This document shows positions 24,399 to 36,628 of a DNA stretch of 64,000 bases, piece by piece. The DNA comes from Amoebophrya sp. A120 (lineage: Eukaryota > Protista > Dinoflagellata), in the NCBI GenBank assembly GCA_905178155.1, contig CAJINV010000018.1, forward strand, positions 786,609-850,608, written 5' to 3'. Made by a program: the position numbers and the translations under genes. Numbering within the stretch: the first letter of the stretch is position 1; each line of letters opens with the position of its first letter. The notes below the pieces were generated by a model, which saw only the letters and a program-made list of their open reading frames with translations, made no database searches and had not been told where the DNA came from.

Positions 24399-26735
24399 TC
24401 ACAGCGCCGCTTTGCCCGTTGCCAAGAACGTGATTTTTTCCAGCAGACTCAAGCTGATTACGGTGTAGGGTGCAAGTTTCACAAATGCGGGGAAAAAACC
24501 TCGCCACAAAACCAACGGCCCGTCCTTCGCGACGGACTTTGTCGCGCAGTCGACCATATGCATTGCAAATGTGTCTGGGTCTGGAAAAAGTGAACTTGTC
24601 ATGCTGGTCTTACATTCAAAGAAAATCTGTATTGCATGACCAACAAACGGGCAGCGTTCTTTGTCACGCAGATACGCAGTTTGTAGTCATGCGCGCTACG
24701 TATGAAACAGTGCGTTGCAGGAACTTGTCATGCTTGGCGGCATTCGAAAGCGTTTCAGTCATCCACAATTTGGCATCACAAGTTTCCAGACCCAGACATG
24801 TTTGCATTTGATAGACCACGCCGGCGTACAGCGGTGCTTCTCCGGGTTTCGGCGTGGGCATGTTCTGGATGCGCGACTTTACCACGTCGAAGGGCATCGA
24901 GGCTGTGTTAGAGATCAGCGAACCCGCTAACGAGCAGGTTAGTAAGGTCGCAATCCCGCCGTCCGTGAAGGTGTCCGGGTAATTCTGCGTCAGGTAGACC
25001 TTGTTTTGATGATCATTGATCCATGGAGTGTTCTTGAGGACGAGTGCGACAAACATGTTGTAGTCTGTTCAGCTTCAATAGTCAGCAATAGAATTTTTTC
25101 TCAAGAAAGCATCTTCTCGTTCTCTCGTCTATCTAGCACCAGCTGAAACGACGACAAACACCGCCTCTACCTTCGTCTCCGAGTAGGTCGCCAGTTGTGT
25201 ACTGGCCAGCGCCATGGCCCGGATCACGGTGATGGTATCCAGCAAAAAACACCCATCCCCATCCATTTTTTGCATGACAAATAGTGGATTTTGTGCATGT
25301 TTTGCATGACAAATTGGATGGGGATGCGTGTTTTTTCCTGGATAGATGGTCGCTCCCTTGTACAGCCCACTGCTACCCAGTCCCTCTTTCTTTGCGATTT
25401 GCGACAGGCATATCAAATGTAAAAGTGTCTGGGTCTGGAAGAATGCATGTTTGTCATGCTTGTCTGGCATGACTCTTAGATCTGTCATGCACGTTACCCA
25501 AGAGCTCCACTTTTCTGCGATGCAGGAACGCAGTTTGTCATGCAGATTAGGCAACACCTAGAAGCTCAGAAACTTGTCATGCTGAGCCAGCATCTGTGGC
25601 CTCATCATGAGACGCCACCCAGCATCACAAGTTTCCAGACCCAGACATTTTTACATTTGATAAGGCAATCCACGATGTTCCTGTAGTTCCGCCTTTCCGC
25701 CGCTGGCAGCTGCTATCCTGTGCAAAAGTATCGTGCTCGTATTGCAATCTTGCATTTACAAATCTTTTTCTTAAGGTAAATTCGCATTACAAATTTTATT
25801 TCTCATTCTGAGGAAATTTGTATATGCATTTATACGAATACGATACTTTTGCAGTCATAGCTGCGAGTCCGCGGCCATTCTCACAATCGCGACCTCGGAC
25901 GGTGTGCCAAAAAAAGCCCCAATACCGCCGGAGGTCGCGCCAAACGCGATCTTCTCCAGAAACGTCGGGGAGGATTTGGGCCCATTTTTCGCCTTGTAGT
26001 CGGAAAGTAGGTAGTATCCACCAAGAAAAAAACTGTGTTAGTGTAGCCTTCTTTGGCTGACAGCATGGCACATTTGCTCTACATGACAGAGAAAATCTGT
26101 CATGCGTCGCTTGTAAAGGAAAACACACACGAAAAGAGGACTTCATGGCTGTCTGGCATGACCACAGGGGTAACTCTGTTGTATGTTCTGCATTTTTACA
26201 GAGTTACAATATACACAACTTTTTGTTTTTTCTTGCATAGGTAGGAGTAGATGCCCATCCGACCGGAGCCGTACATCCACTGGCGGAGAAAAGCCGCAGA
26301 AAGCCCGTTGTAAAGACCGGGCACACCTGGGAAGTGATTCGTTTTCATGTGCGATGCTGAAGCACGACGCATGCGGCGTGAAGTTTGTCTTTGTTTTCAT
26401 CTTCATTTTTGCATCAAAAAAGCTGATGAAGGAGCCGATTTTGTTTGCGCTTGTCTATCGACCAGGCCAGATCAAGAGGTAGAATGATTCTTGACCTTGT
26501 GTAATTGTAAATCTAAATCAGGTAGTATACCAGCCTCCGCCACAATGTGTTTCGCCGTGCCAACAAAGCTCCTGGAAACCGTCCCGACCTGCATCTGAAC
26601 CCGTAACACGTCGAAGGGGTGGCAAAAACACGCGGCCCCCATGCCGGAGACCGCCGAGTAGCACATCCTTGCGGGGAGGGACTCCGCGAACGAGGAGGTG
26701 CTCCTGGAGGACGAGGAGGAGGACGAGGAGGGCAT
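24399..26735 (-). CDS. Mitochondrial carrier (SLC25), 2-oxoglutarate/malate or dicarboxylate type, 8 exons
   Basis: Three carrier signatures (HPFDVLRVQMQ, PSEVAIVRM, MPFDVVKSRIQNM), RRNYRNIVDC, QLATYSETK; 5 introners plus GT-AG introns 25000-25170 and 26327-26530. Confidence 0.92.
24557..24813. mobile_element. Introner family B
   Basis: DR gacca. Confidence 0.9.
25236..25344. mobile_element. Introner family F
   Basis: DR gatgg. Confidence 0.9.
25411..25662. mobile_element. Introner family B
   Basis: DR aggca. Confidence 0.9.
25714..25859. mobile_element. Introner family A
   Basis: DR gctgc. Confidence 0.9.
26015..26239. mobile_element. Introner family G
   Basis: DR ggtag. Confidence 0.9.
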
Positions 26736-27720
26736 TTTGTTGTTTTTTCACCGACTTCACGGCTTTATCGTACGTGCAGTCATGCAAAGCTTAGTCTTAG
26801 TGCCGGAACGAAAAGAACAGTCAGCACTTTCATCAAAAAAAAATTCGCTCGCGTCACACTCCCCCTCGAAGAAAATCTTCTGCTTCACTCGACCAATTGG
26901 GTACAGCTGCTGCGACGCTGCTTCGTGTTAGGCGCTCGCGGGTTTGCGGTGGTGAGCCTGGAGCTGACCATTCGTAGTTCGTGCTCCATTCACATTGACC
27001 AGTTCAATTATTATAAACCAAAGACACAATTTGTTTGTCTTTTTCCCTTTTTCCCTGCAACTCTGTCGAGAAATACTTGTGTGCCTCGCTTGTTCCTTCT
27101 GGTATGTGGAGAAGCATCATGTAGGTAGGCAAAAACACAGAATTCGTGTCCCAGCGTCGTCGAAACACAGCCACGCCATGACACGCTGTGGGGCCTCGGT
27201 GACATCTCCAGGCTTCAAGCTGCGGAGGACCTGCCAGTATCGATCCCACCGCCGAATCGGCTCGCCACCCGAATAGTAGACTTTAGCTTCGTACTAATCT
27301 CAATCACGACTTTCATGATCCACCAAACTTGTTTCTGTTTCAGGTTCACTTCTAGCCTACTTACTATATTCCACTTGCACTTGCTTGGTTGTAGTTGCCG
27401 AAAACTTGATTTTCACCTCGTCACTGACCACTACACTTTTTCGTTGCACTTTGAATTACACTAGCTCTACCATATCAGCGATCACCTCGTCGTAGCCAAC
27501 AAGATAACATCTGCCCGCGGCTGACGCTGACCCTTTCTGGTTGTAAAAAAAGCGAAGAAGAGCGCTGACCTGTTTGCAGGTAGCAGCAGCAGTCATTTGC
27601 CCGAGTTATTTCTACCTCGACTGGAACATAACTAAATGAAATTATAACCGTAGAAATTTTCTAAATCTTGTATATTGTTTGATAAACGTGGTCCGGTCTC
27701 CTGATGTGATCAATCTTATC

Positions 27721-30700
27721 TCAAATCAGGGTCGACAGAAATCCCTTGGTCCACTCCTGCTGCGCCGAGGCCTTCTCCGGATCACGGGTTTTCTTCGTGG
27801 TCGCCAAATTACCTGTAGCCGCAACCGTCGTAGTGGTGCTGTTCTTGTTATTTGTCATGCTTCTACCTATCGCCGATGTCGACCCGGATGTTAAACTGTG
27901 ATTTATTTCAAACAACTCGGTCTGATACCGATGCTCGATCATTTTCTCGTCCACGGCCTGCTTCAACATCTTCCCCGCATTGGAATAATACGCCGGCGCA
28001 TGATCGTCGTGCTGGCTATACCCGGCGTGTTGAGATGAACTACCAGCCGGTCGTCCTGGTTTATTGTTGACGTTCTTCTTCTCCATCAGCTGCTCTCGCG
28101 GTGTGTTGAGATTTTGCATCTCCGCAGCGAGTAGGAGAACATTGTCCCCGATGGACAAAGCGTCGCACTTCAATCCGGCTTCCGCAATATTCTTTTTCAC
28201 GAAATCGGTTTTGCTATTCATTTTGCTGTCCTGGTTTAGGTTTTTGCTTCCACCTACATCTTCATCCACACGGGCTGGTGCGCCACCAACGCCAGTATGT
28301 AGTAATTCTTGCTTTCCCACTCCACTATTTCTCGTCGTGGTCCTGGTGCTGTGTCTGCCAACGGAGCTGGAGGTCCGCGCGGAAATTGGAAGGCCGTTCA
28401 GATCGTACTTGATTTGGTCCGCTCTTTTGCCATTCTTGCTTTCGTTGGCGAGCAAACGCGAGCATCGGGGCGGCGGGCCCAGGCGGTCGTACTCGTCCGG
28501 CTGGCGGTAGCCTAGGGAATTACGGTTTTTCATCACCGCAGCTTATGTGTTTGCACTTGTAGTTTTGCAGCGCAGGCAGCATGACACGAATGATTTCATC
28601 TCATGCGTGTTGTCAGAGAAAATTCCAAAAAACATCTTTCTGTACCAAAAGTTTTGTGGAAGCCCGCAGTTAGGTCGTCTTTTGGCGGCTTCACGTAGTT
28701 CTCGTTCATATTCAGGATGTCTTCGTCCAGAGACGACACAACTCCCTTGCCCTTCGAGGCTGGCACTACAGCCCGTGACATTCTACTGCTCATAGTCGGC
28801 GACTTCATCGTTGATCGAGCCGCTCCTGTCCCTGCCGCGCCGGAAGACATTCTCGCAGAGCCAGTTGCTGGTCCTCCGGTAGAAGATGCCCGTGGTACAA
28901 CTAGCGGCTTGGAACTTGTTGCCCTGGAGCTCGACACAGGCGTCGTTGAGTAGTTACTCGGCTCGACTGAAATCGGCAATTTGGGGATGTACGGCATGCC
29001 AGAGGAAGTAAAGCCACTGAAACCCGGTCCCGGTCCTGTGGTCGCTCTTTGACTTTGTCGCTGGTGGTGCATCGAGTTATACTGTAGATGTTGCCCGCGC
29101 TGCTGATAAGAGCTTGTACTTGGGTGGTAGTTCTCGCGACTGAAAATTTTCGCAAGTAAGCTTTCCGCCTCCGCGTCTCGTTCAGCGGTCTTCAGAAAGC
29201 GGGCATTGAACCGGGTGATCTGATGCGCAGGATTTTTTGAAATCTACTTCTCGCTTCGTCCACGTGCATTTGCAATTTCAACATTTACTGTTTTTGTGGG
29301 AACCACTCCTAGGATTTTCAGCTCGACAATGAGTATGAGTGTCGGCACGACTACAAGCACGAGCACAAACAGCAGCTCTATACTTCCTCCTCAACCAGCA
29401 TTTCTAGTTCCTCCCAACCGAGCCCCTGGATCCGTTCTTCCATAACCTCGGACATCGTTGGCGCTCGCCTTGTCGGCGAAGCAGAAATCTTTTTGTGACA
29501 TTAAAATATTTACGAGGCAAATGTAATGAGTATTTTTTTCTTGTGATGACGTCTCGAAACCAAAGAAAAGAATTCCTATTCCTTCGCGTCATGATTTTCG
29601 TGAGAAAGAGAACGACGGAAAAGACAGACGCAGATGTTGCGTAGTACTAGAAGGTTTTCAATAGCTTTCACTTCAAGTTTCTTACCCTGCTCGCAGAATT
29701 GGTGACTTCCGTTACCGTTTTCATCGTGCCCTGCTCTACTGCGAAATGGCTTTCCTGCGCGTCTCCACCACCCTGTCCAGCGTGTTTCCTCTGATCAAAT
29801 GGCGGTGGTCGCGGTGACCCCAGCGGCTCGACCCCTAGCTTCCGCGGATCTCCCAAACCCGCGAGCAGCCGCTCAAGTTTGGATTGCCGCGTTTGCTGGC
29901 AAGTGCGGGGGCTCTTCGGGGGAGAGGAGGGATTGATGTCTGGTTGTGGATTTTCGGATGCCAGTGCAGCAGGAAAATACTTCATCTCGTTTTCTGCGTT
30001 AATATTTGATGGCGGAGCACCAGAAACAGCACCTCCCGCCGGCCTGCCGCGCGAAGAGGCCGCGCTCTTCGAAGTTGGAGATTGGCAGCTTCTTGTGTCT
30101 TCATTCGCCATCAATGGAGGATCTCCACGCTGCTGTAGCTCTCCGGATCGCGACGGTGCGGACGGTGCCGCCTGGTTTTTCCGCACCGAAGGTGTTGCTG
30201 CTTGTGCAGCAACTGGATTCATCCCAGCTGCTCCTCTTCCAGTGCCGCGACTTGAACTGGATCCTGCTGTAGTTGTTCCTGCGGCGGTGCCGTGTTGCCG
30301 CGTTGTGGCCGCGCTTCGAGCCGTGGCTTTCGCCGCCGCTCCAACACCGATTCCGGATGAAGCAGAAGTGGTCAGCTTTTGATGTGCAACTGCAACTGGT
30401 TTTGTTGACTTCGGGCCACTGGTTGCGTTTTTGCTAGAGAAGTATCCTGCTGAGGAGGGGGCCACCGCGTTTTTATTCGGACCTAGAAGTACCTGATGGT
30501 CGTCCTGCAGGAGCAACAAATTTCTCGCGTAGCCACTCTGCGCGGCTGTGGCGCTGGTGTTCGCTACGGACGCGGACGCGATACTGGGGCCACCAGCCTT
30601 CGGAGAAAAAATCACGTCGGCTGTACCTGGTCAAGTTTTCACTTTCTGCAATTCAAATCCTATTCAGCTGTTGTAGTTGTCACATGTGTTCCTCTTTTTG

Positions 30701-31019
30701 GTTCAAACAGGAAATGCAAATGCCTTCGCCCACCAATCATGGAATCAATTTGCATCTCCATCTCACCTGCGAAGCCCGTCCTTGCCCGGAGGTCTTCCTC
30801 CACGCGGCAGGCAGATTGGAGCATTTCCGTTGCGCACTGGATCAGGCCAAAGTTGTTGTCTGCGGCATCATCCTCATCCGCGTCGTTCATTCTGCCGTCT
30901 TGTCGGTTGTCGACGTCATAGGATGCTCGCGGTGCGAGAGGTGGGACGGTTTTCTGCAATCCTGCCTGTTTGTTTCTTCCTAAAAATGAATACTTGCTTC
31001 CGGCACTGGTAAAATGCAT
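27721..31019 (-). CDS. Low-complexity Ser/Thr/Ala/Pro-rich hypothetical protein(s); exon structure unresolved
   Basis: Co-oriented ORFs 27721-28536, 28596-29072, 29668-30615, 30660-31019. Confidence 0.45.
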
Positions 31020-31169
31020 GGTAGCTTCTACACGACTCGTATCTCCAAATTACCAGGCAACTCTCGCTCAGTGTCAGTGGTCAAAATCATGCTCCACTTC
31101 AGACATCATGCTCAAGCTCATGGACACGACACGTCGTCTTGTTCGTTGAAATTGAATGTAGGACCATGA

Positions 31170-32140
31170 CTATTAGCCCGTGCCCGACCCCTACCGCCAC
31201 TCGCTCTCGCTCACTGAACAACAAAGACGCTGCAATAGGCAAGTCACACACAGAGGAACCCCGCCGCCACCGCGTTCTGTACTCGGCAACCCAAATAATG
31301 ACTCTGCTTGCCTAGCGTCACACAGGGGATGGCGCGTGCACATCACAGCAACGACAGGAGGCGCACGGAGCGGTCGCCGCTAATACAACTAGCCCGCCAA
31401 CCCCCCGAAGCTACAGGGCCACAATGCAAGATGGCGCCCGCGCCCAGGCAGATGACGTTGACGCCGCCAGCTGCCCTCGCTAATACGAGTGAACCCGCAA
31501 CGCAACAGGCCGGCGGCTGCGCCGAAAGTCCGTCGGGTCGGGAGGCCCCGCCAGGCGAGCAGGGACAAGAGAGGCGCCGGGGATCCGGAAAAAAGCAAAC
31601 CGGCACCAACACCGGGGGAGATTTCTTGGCGCGGGCGCCCAATCCCACAGCCCGGGCCCCCCTTCCTTGGTTTGCTGCGCGGAGCAAGGCAGGCCGCCCG
31701 GCAACAAACGGCGAGGGCGCGGCCGGCCGCGCCACGGGCCACGGCCCGGGGCCGTTGTAGTTTTCGCGAACGGCGGGGGGGGGAGTGGGCACACGCGCGG
31801 ACGCCGGCGGACTCCGCTTGAAAACGGGATCGCTTTCATCTGCTGCTCCGCACGCAGGCACGCACGCCGACTTATGGACGGCGACCGTCGGCGCCCGGCG
31901 CCCGCCTGCCGACCCGTCCAATTGCCACAGGCGCAACGCGGTCCAAACCCTGGCGCAAGGCCCGCCCCAAACGGATGACGCCCCCGACACTTTTAACAGC
32001 GCGCCCCCGGGCGCCATCCGGCACGGAGACCGACACGCGCGGCGCCATGCGCCACGGATTACGCGCGAGCTCTGACTCAGACTCTCCACTATGTCGCATT
32101 CACCAACTCCAGCACTCACATTGACAAAAGGCTGGACGAG
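31170..32140. other. GC-rich island, probable transposon fragment; ends unresolved
   Basis: Abrupt GC rise, local hairpins, no credible protein. Confidence 0.35.
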
Positions 32141-32389
32141 CAGGCCTGCAAAAGCACCTCGTCTCAACTACAGACCAACTCAGCAACTGCCCAACTAGAT
32201 CGAAGGGCTACTACACGACGTTGAAGTTTGAAAACCGAACACACGACAGCGCCGTCCATCGAAGTCAGCTGCCACAACGACAAACGAAAGATTTCTGAGA
32301 AGTTGTAGTTTCCAGCTTCGTTCAGAATTGGAGTTGTGTGCGTCAATGAATAACATCCTCGTTGATGCTTCATCTTGTATACATCCTCT

Positions 32390-35300
32390 TCAATTCCCGC
32401 CCGACCTAGATGTGCAAGAGCTCAGCGCCTGCCCCAAGTACGACTGCGCGAACGCCTTACTTCGAACCGACGAACTTTCTCGCTCCACATCCCCCTTCCC
32501 ATCTTCCCCGGTCTCGACCCCCGCAGCACTTCCTCCCGGAGCCGCTTCGCCCTCCTGCCCCCGACCGGAGTCCATATTATTTCGCGCAGAAGCTACAGCA
32601 CCTCCTCCTCCAACTGCTCCAAAAAACCCAACATCCTCCTCAGTTCCATAGCTCATGTCGCCGTTGACAAGCCGTTCCAACCGCTGGTCCAATTCTGCGC
32701 AAAACAAAGCCGCGACTTGCAGCGACCGCGCTGTTTTGTAGGCCATTGGCACGTTGAAATACTGCTCGCTCAGCGTTTCCCGCTCCCGCAGCCGGTCCGG
32801 CAGATACAGCCGCGGCCCGGCGAATTCCGCCTTGCTCTGCCGCGCGGAGGAGCCTCCGGAGTGGTGCGAGCGCTCCGTAGGAGGGAGGTCTTGCCCGCCG
32901 TGGTCCTCACCAGGGACTACATCTGCCGTCGGTCGTGCAACTCCAGCCCCTGGCCCTGCTTCTGCTCCATCCCCGCCGGTTGTAGTACCTGGACTGGTGC
33001 CCGCCCCTGGAGCTTGTAGTTCTTCTTGCGCAGCAGTTCTACTTTTCACGTTGTACGCAGTCTCGTCCTCCTCCCGTAAGTACTTCAATGTCCACTTGCT
33101 CGCGTCTTCGGACTCAATGTGCTTCAGCTTCCGCAAGTTTTTCTGGATGAAATAAAGGTCCGCCTGCTCGAGCTGTTTCAGCAACTCGGGGTGTTTCGCC
33201 ACGGGGAAGTCTATGCTTTGGGAAAGACTACTTACCTCACGCAGCTCTGATGTGTCATCTTGGCCCAAAGACGTCGCTCGAGGGACCACGCTCGAGATTT
33301 CCAGCGAGCCCGAGGGTGGCGACGGTGATTCCGTTCCCGACAGTGCCACCCCGGACGTTTGCCGTTCCACGGTCAAATTGCGAGAAAGCACCTCTTCGGT
33401 CATTTCCTCCTGGTTGTTCGGGCTCTCCTCTCCTCGGGACCTTGTCCTGGTCCGGGCTCTGACTCCTAGTGCGGATGGCTGCTCCAGGATCGGTTTTGCC
33501 AGCAGCGCTTTCGAACAGACAATTTCCAGCGCGTTGCTACTTCTCTTCACCAAGCCACGGACGTACCGCAAATCGTCAATTTCCATGCCCATCTGGTTCA
33601 CACTCGCGGTACACGCAGCGATCTCCTGGTCGCGCAGAGTTGCCTGTACCGCCTCCCGCCCGGGGATGGAGTTCATGGTCTGCGTGTCTATCAACTGGCT
33701 GATGCGAAAGAGGTACTGGAGATTCACCTGGTTCTGTCTGGTCAAGCTTCCGTTCGGCGCGCGGAAATCGGCGAGCCACGCGATTTGGCAATTTTTGTCC
33801 AGCGTGTTTGGTGGGGGGAAAAACGCGAGGCGGGGCTTCTCCATGATTTGCATGTGGTCAATCACTTTCAGCCGCATGGCGACCCGTTTCCGAAGCAAAC
33901 GGTTACGGACGGAAGAGGTGATAATGGAGGCCGCAGCGACTGAGGTTATGTATTTTGTCGGTTTCTTGGGTTGTAAACAAGAGTTGCAGCCACAGCTGTC
34001 GTGTGCCTGGTGCCCGATCCTAAAAATGCGCGAATACGAATTCGAATGGAATGCTCAGCATCAGGAGCAAAAGCCCGAATTATATGGCAAAACGAACTAT
34101 TTGTGGTCGCTTCTACCTATACATAGAGCTTTTACCATGTTTCCTTGACTGCCCCGGATTTTTCGCGATTGCCAGCGTCAAGCAGCGCCGCAGGTGCTGT
34201 TGTGGTGCGGTAAGCAGCACCGTGCACTCCTCGATCTTCAGGATTCGTTCCGGTTTCGCCATACCCTCCTCATCTGCTAGTTGCGCAGCTTGCTTCTTCA
34301 GAGCTTTCTTCTCCTCGCGCTTCACCTTGAAGATGTTTTTGGAGATAGATCAAATCGGCTAGTGGCGTTTCCAAAACACCATCACCAAGAACAGTGAGTA
34401 GAATACACGTCTTGACCTTGAAATGAAAACTGCAGAGGAAAATCAAAATTCACATTTTTATACCAGTATCGTGAGGTCTTTGAGCGTGACCCTCGGGTCC
34501 CGTACCATGAAGTTATCTTTTGCCAGTTTGTAGGCTTTTTCCCCGAACTATGCGAGTGTCAGGATTGAAATTGACAACGTTGAAAAAACTTGTAATGCAT
34601 AAAATCGATACCAGTTGGAAGCCCAATTTCCAAGCGGTGCATGACAAATTTCGCAACCGTCTACATCCAGTTTGTCATGCTGTTTGGGCACAGAAGAGTG
34701 CTTTTGTCATGCTTCTGTAGCAGCTCTATCCCAAACCCTAAATAGGCTCACAATCTGCCTCACTTGCCATCCCGGCAAGACAGGCACTTCATGCCTTGCA
34801 TTTTATGCATGGCAAATCATTTCAACTCTGACGATTTCAATCCTGACACTCCCATACAAACAAAATCTGTCCCACCGTGTCCAGCCGGATCTTGATTGTG
34901 GTACTGTCGTTGATTTGCCTTTCCCGGTCCATGTCAAAGGTCGGCGCGTTCCCGGAAGCGTTTACGTAGGAGTCCACCGTGCGTGGCTTGTGCTTCTGCT
35001 GCAAGAGGTAGAGAAAGTTGAACCCCGGGTCCAGTTGCAGAAATCTTTTCTCGAAGGCGTCTTTTTCGTGGTGAAAGTAAAGCAGGGGAATCCCGTGTGC
35101 ATTGCAAATATGTCTGGGTCTGAGAGATTAGAACTTCTCATGCTAAATCTGAATGATGAAAAAATCTGTGTTGCGTGAGTGCCAAAAGCTGTCCGCTTTT
35201 GACCAAGTTGAGAGAGAATTTCTCACGCAGGAAAGGCATGATAGAGACCTCAAAGAATCTGTCATGCTGGGTGTCGCATTCCGGACCTCATGGGTCATGG

Positions 35301-36054
35301 AAAACCTGCATCACAAATCTTGCAGTCTTCCAGACCCAGAAATATTTGCATTTCATATCCCGGAAAACAGCACATTTTCCACGGACGTGACCTTGGCCCC
35401 GCGCGCCACCGCCCGGTTCCGCGACCCGGAGTGCCAGAGCCGGATGCCGTGCGACACGCGGCAATACTCGGTGAGGATGGGCTCAATGAGCGTTTTCACG
35501 CTCTCCCGCTGCTCTTTGTTTTCGTTGCTGCTCGACTGCACGCCGGAGCTGGGCGGGGCAAGCAACGCGGACCCGGGCTCAGATTCGGGCGCGGCCGCGA
35601 TCGAGGCGGCGCGGGCCGAGTTCGCGGGCGTGAGTGCGGTGCCCCAGGTATCGTTCCCGAGATGATCCTTACTGTCATGGAAGGCGAGGGGCTCCAATTT
35701 AGGGATGGAAGGCTTCTTCTCGTCGCGGTCCGGCATGTTGATCTTGGACTAGGCGGAGGTGGTTGTGATGTTGATGTTCTTTTTGGTACAGGTGGAAGAG
35801 TTCTCCTTGACCTCCTGGTCAAAGGGCTACCGGGGCCGGGCCCGGGCAGACGGGGTTTTAGGATTTAATAGCGCTCCCAGAATACAAAACCTTGGCGGCT
35901 TCCAGTTTTGGCTTGATGTAACGGTCAGCAGAACCTCCCGCGGCCAGGTCAACGAACTCGCCTTAGGGAGATGCAGAACCAGGATGACGAGAGTGTTGCA
36001 ACGCAGAAGACGGAACAGTGGCGCTTGTCCATCTTGTTTGACGAGTGCTTTCAA
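32390..36054 (-). CDS. Hypothetical protein, possibly with a PH-like segment, multi-exon
   Basis: 502-aa terminal ORF; spliced LFSGIPLLYFHHEKDAFEKRFLQLDPGFNFLYL..IKIRLDTVGQILFGEKAY across two introners. Confidence 0.55.
34549..34856. mobile_element. Introner family E
   Basis: DR cgaac/caaac. Confidence 0.88.
35096..35357. mobile_element. Introner family B
   Basis: DR tcccg; starts TGT rather than TAT. Confidence 0.9.
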
Positions 36055-36628
36055 GTTGTGTAGGAAGTGGATGCACTCAAGAGACTCTCAAACTCAAAGC
36101 GAGGAAAAAAATCATTCGCAGGGCACTCGTCCGACAGCATGTTTCCCTCAGAAGTAATTGTCATTGTAGCTGCTTCCTCATGAAGTTGAAGATCAAAAAT
36201 CTCGCTCACCACATTGATGCTGCGTCAGAACATCGGCATGCAGTTGTCTCGACAGCTGCAACCAGTCCCCGAAAGCAGGAGGCTATGAAGACGAGCCCCG
36301 GTGTGGGTTTCTCGTTTCTGGGTGAATCTTACGAAAGCAAATTTTACACACAAAAGACTTGTTTACAGGCAGAAGCTGTGTGGGTCAGTTTCAAGTATTC
36401 AGAGTCACAACTAAGTACCTGCTTTGAAGCAGGCAAAACTTAGTCGCTTTAGGGAAACCAGTGGAGATTTACTGTACAGTTTTGGAACAAAGAAACTACA
36501 GGTAAAGGTATTCAATCACTTTGCATGCGCAGAAGGCAACAAGTCTATGTCTACGAGGAAAGTAAAAGTAGCCGTAAAGATGAATCATCACTTTCATTTC
36601 GCAGTAAGTTGTTCGAAAACCCTTACTG

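Noticed and set aside
33213-34148. Long plus-strand ORFs (also 29879-30382, 59134-59745, 60172-60846)
   Set aside because: Antisense shadows of minus-strand coding exons
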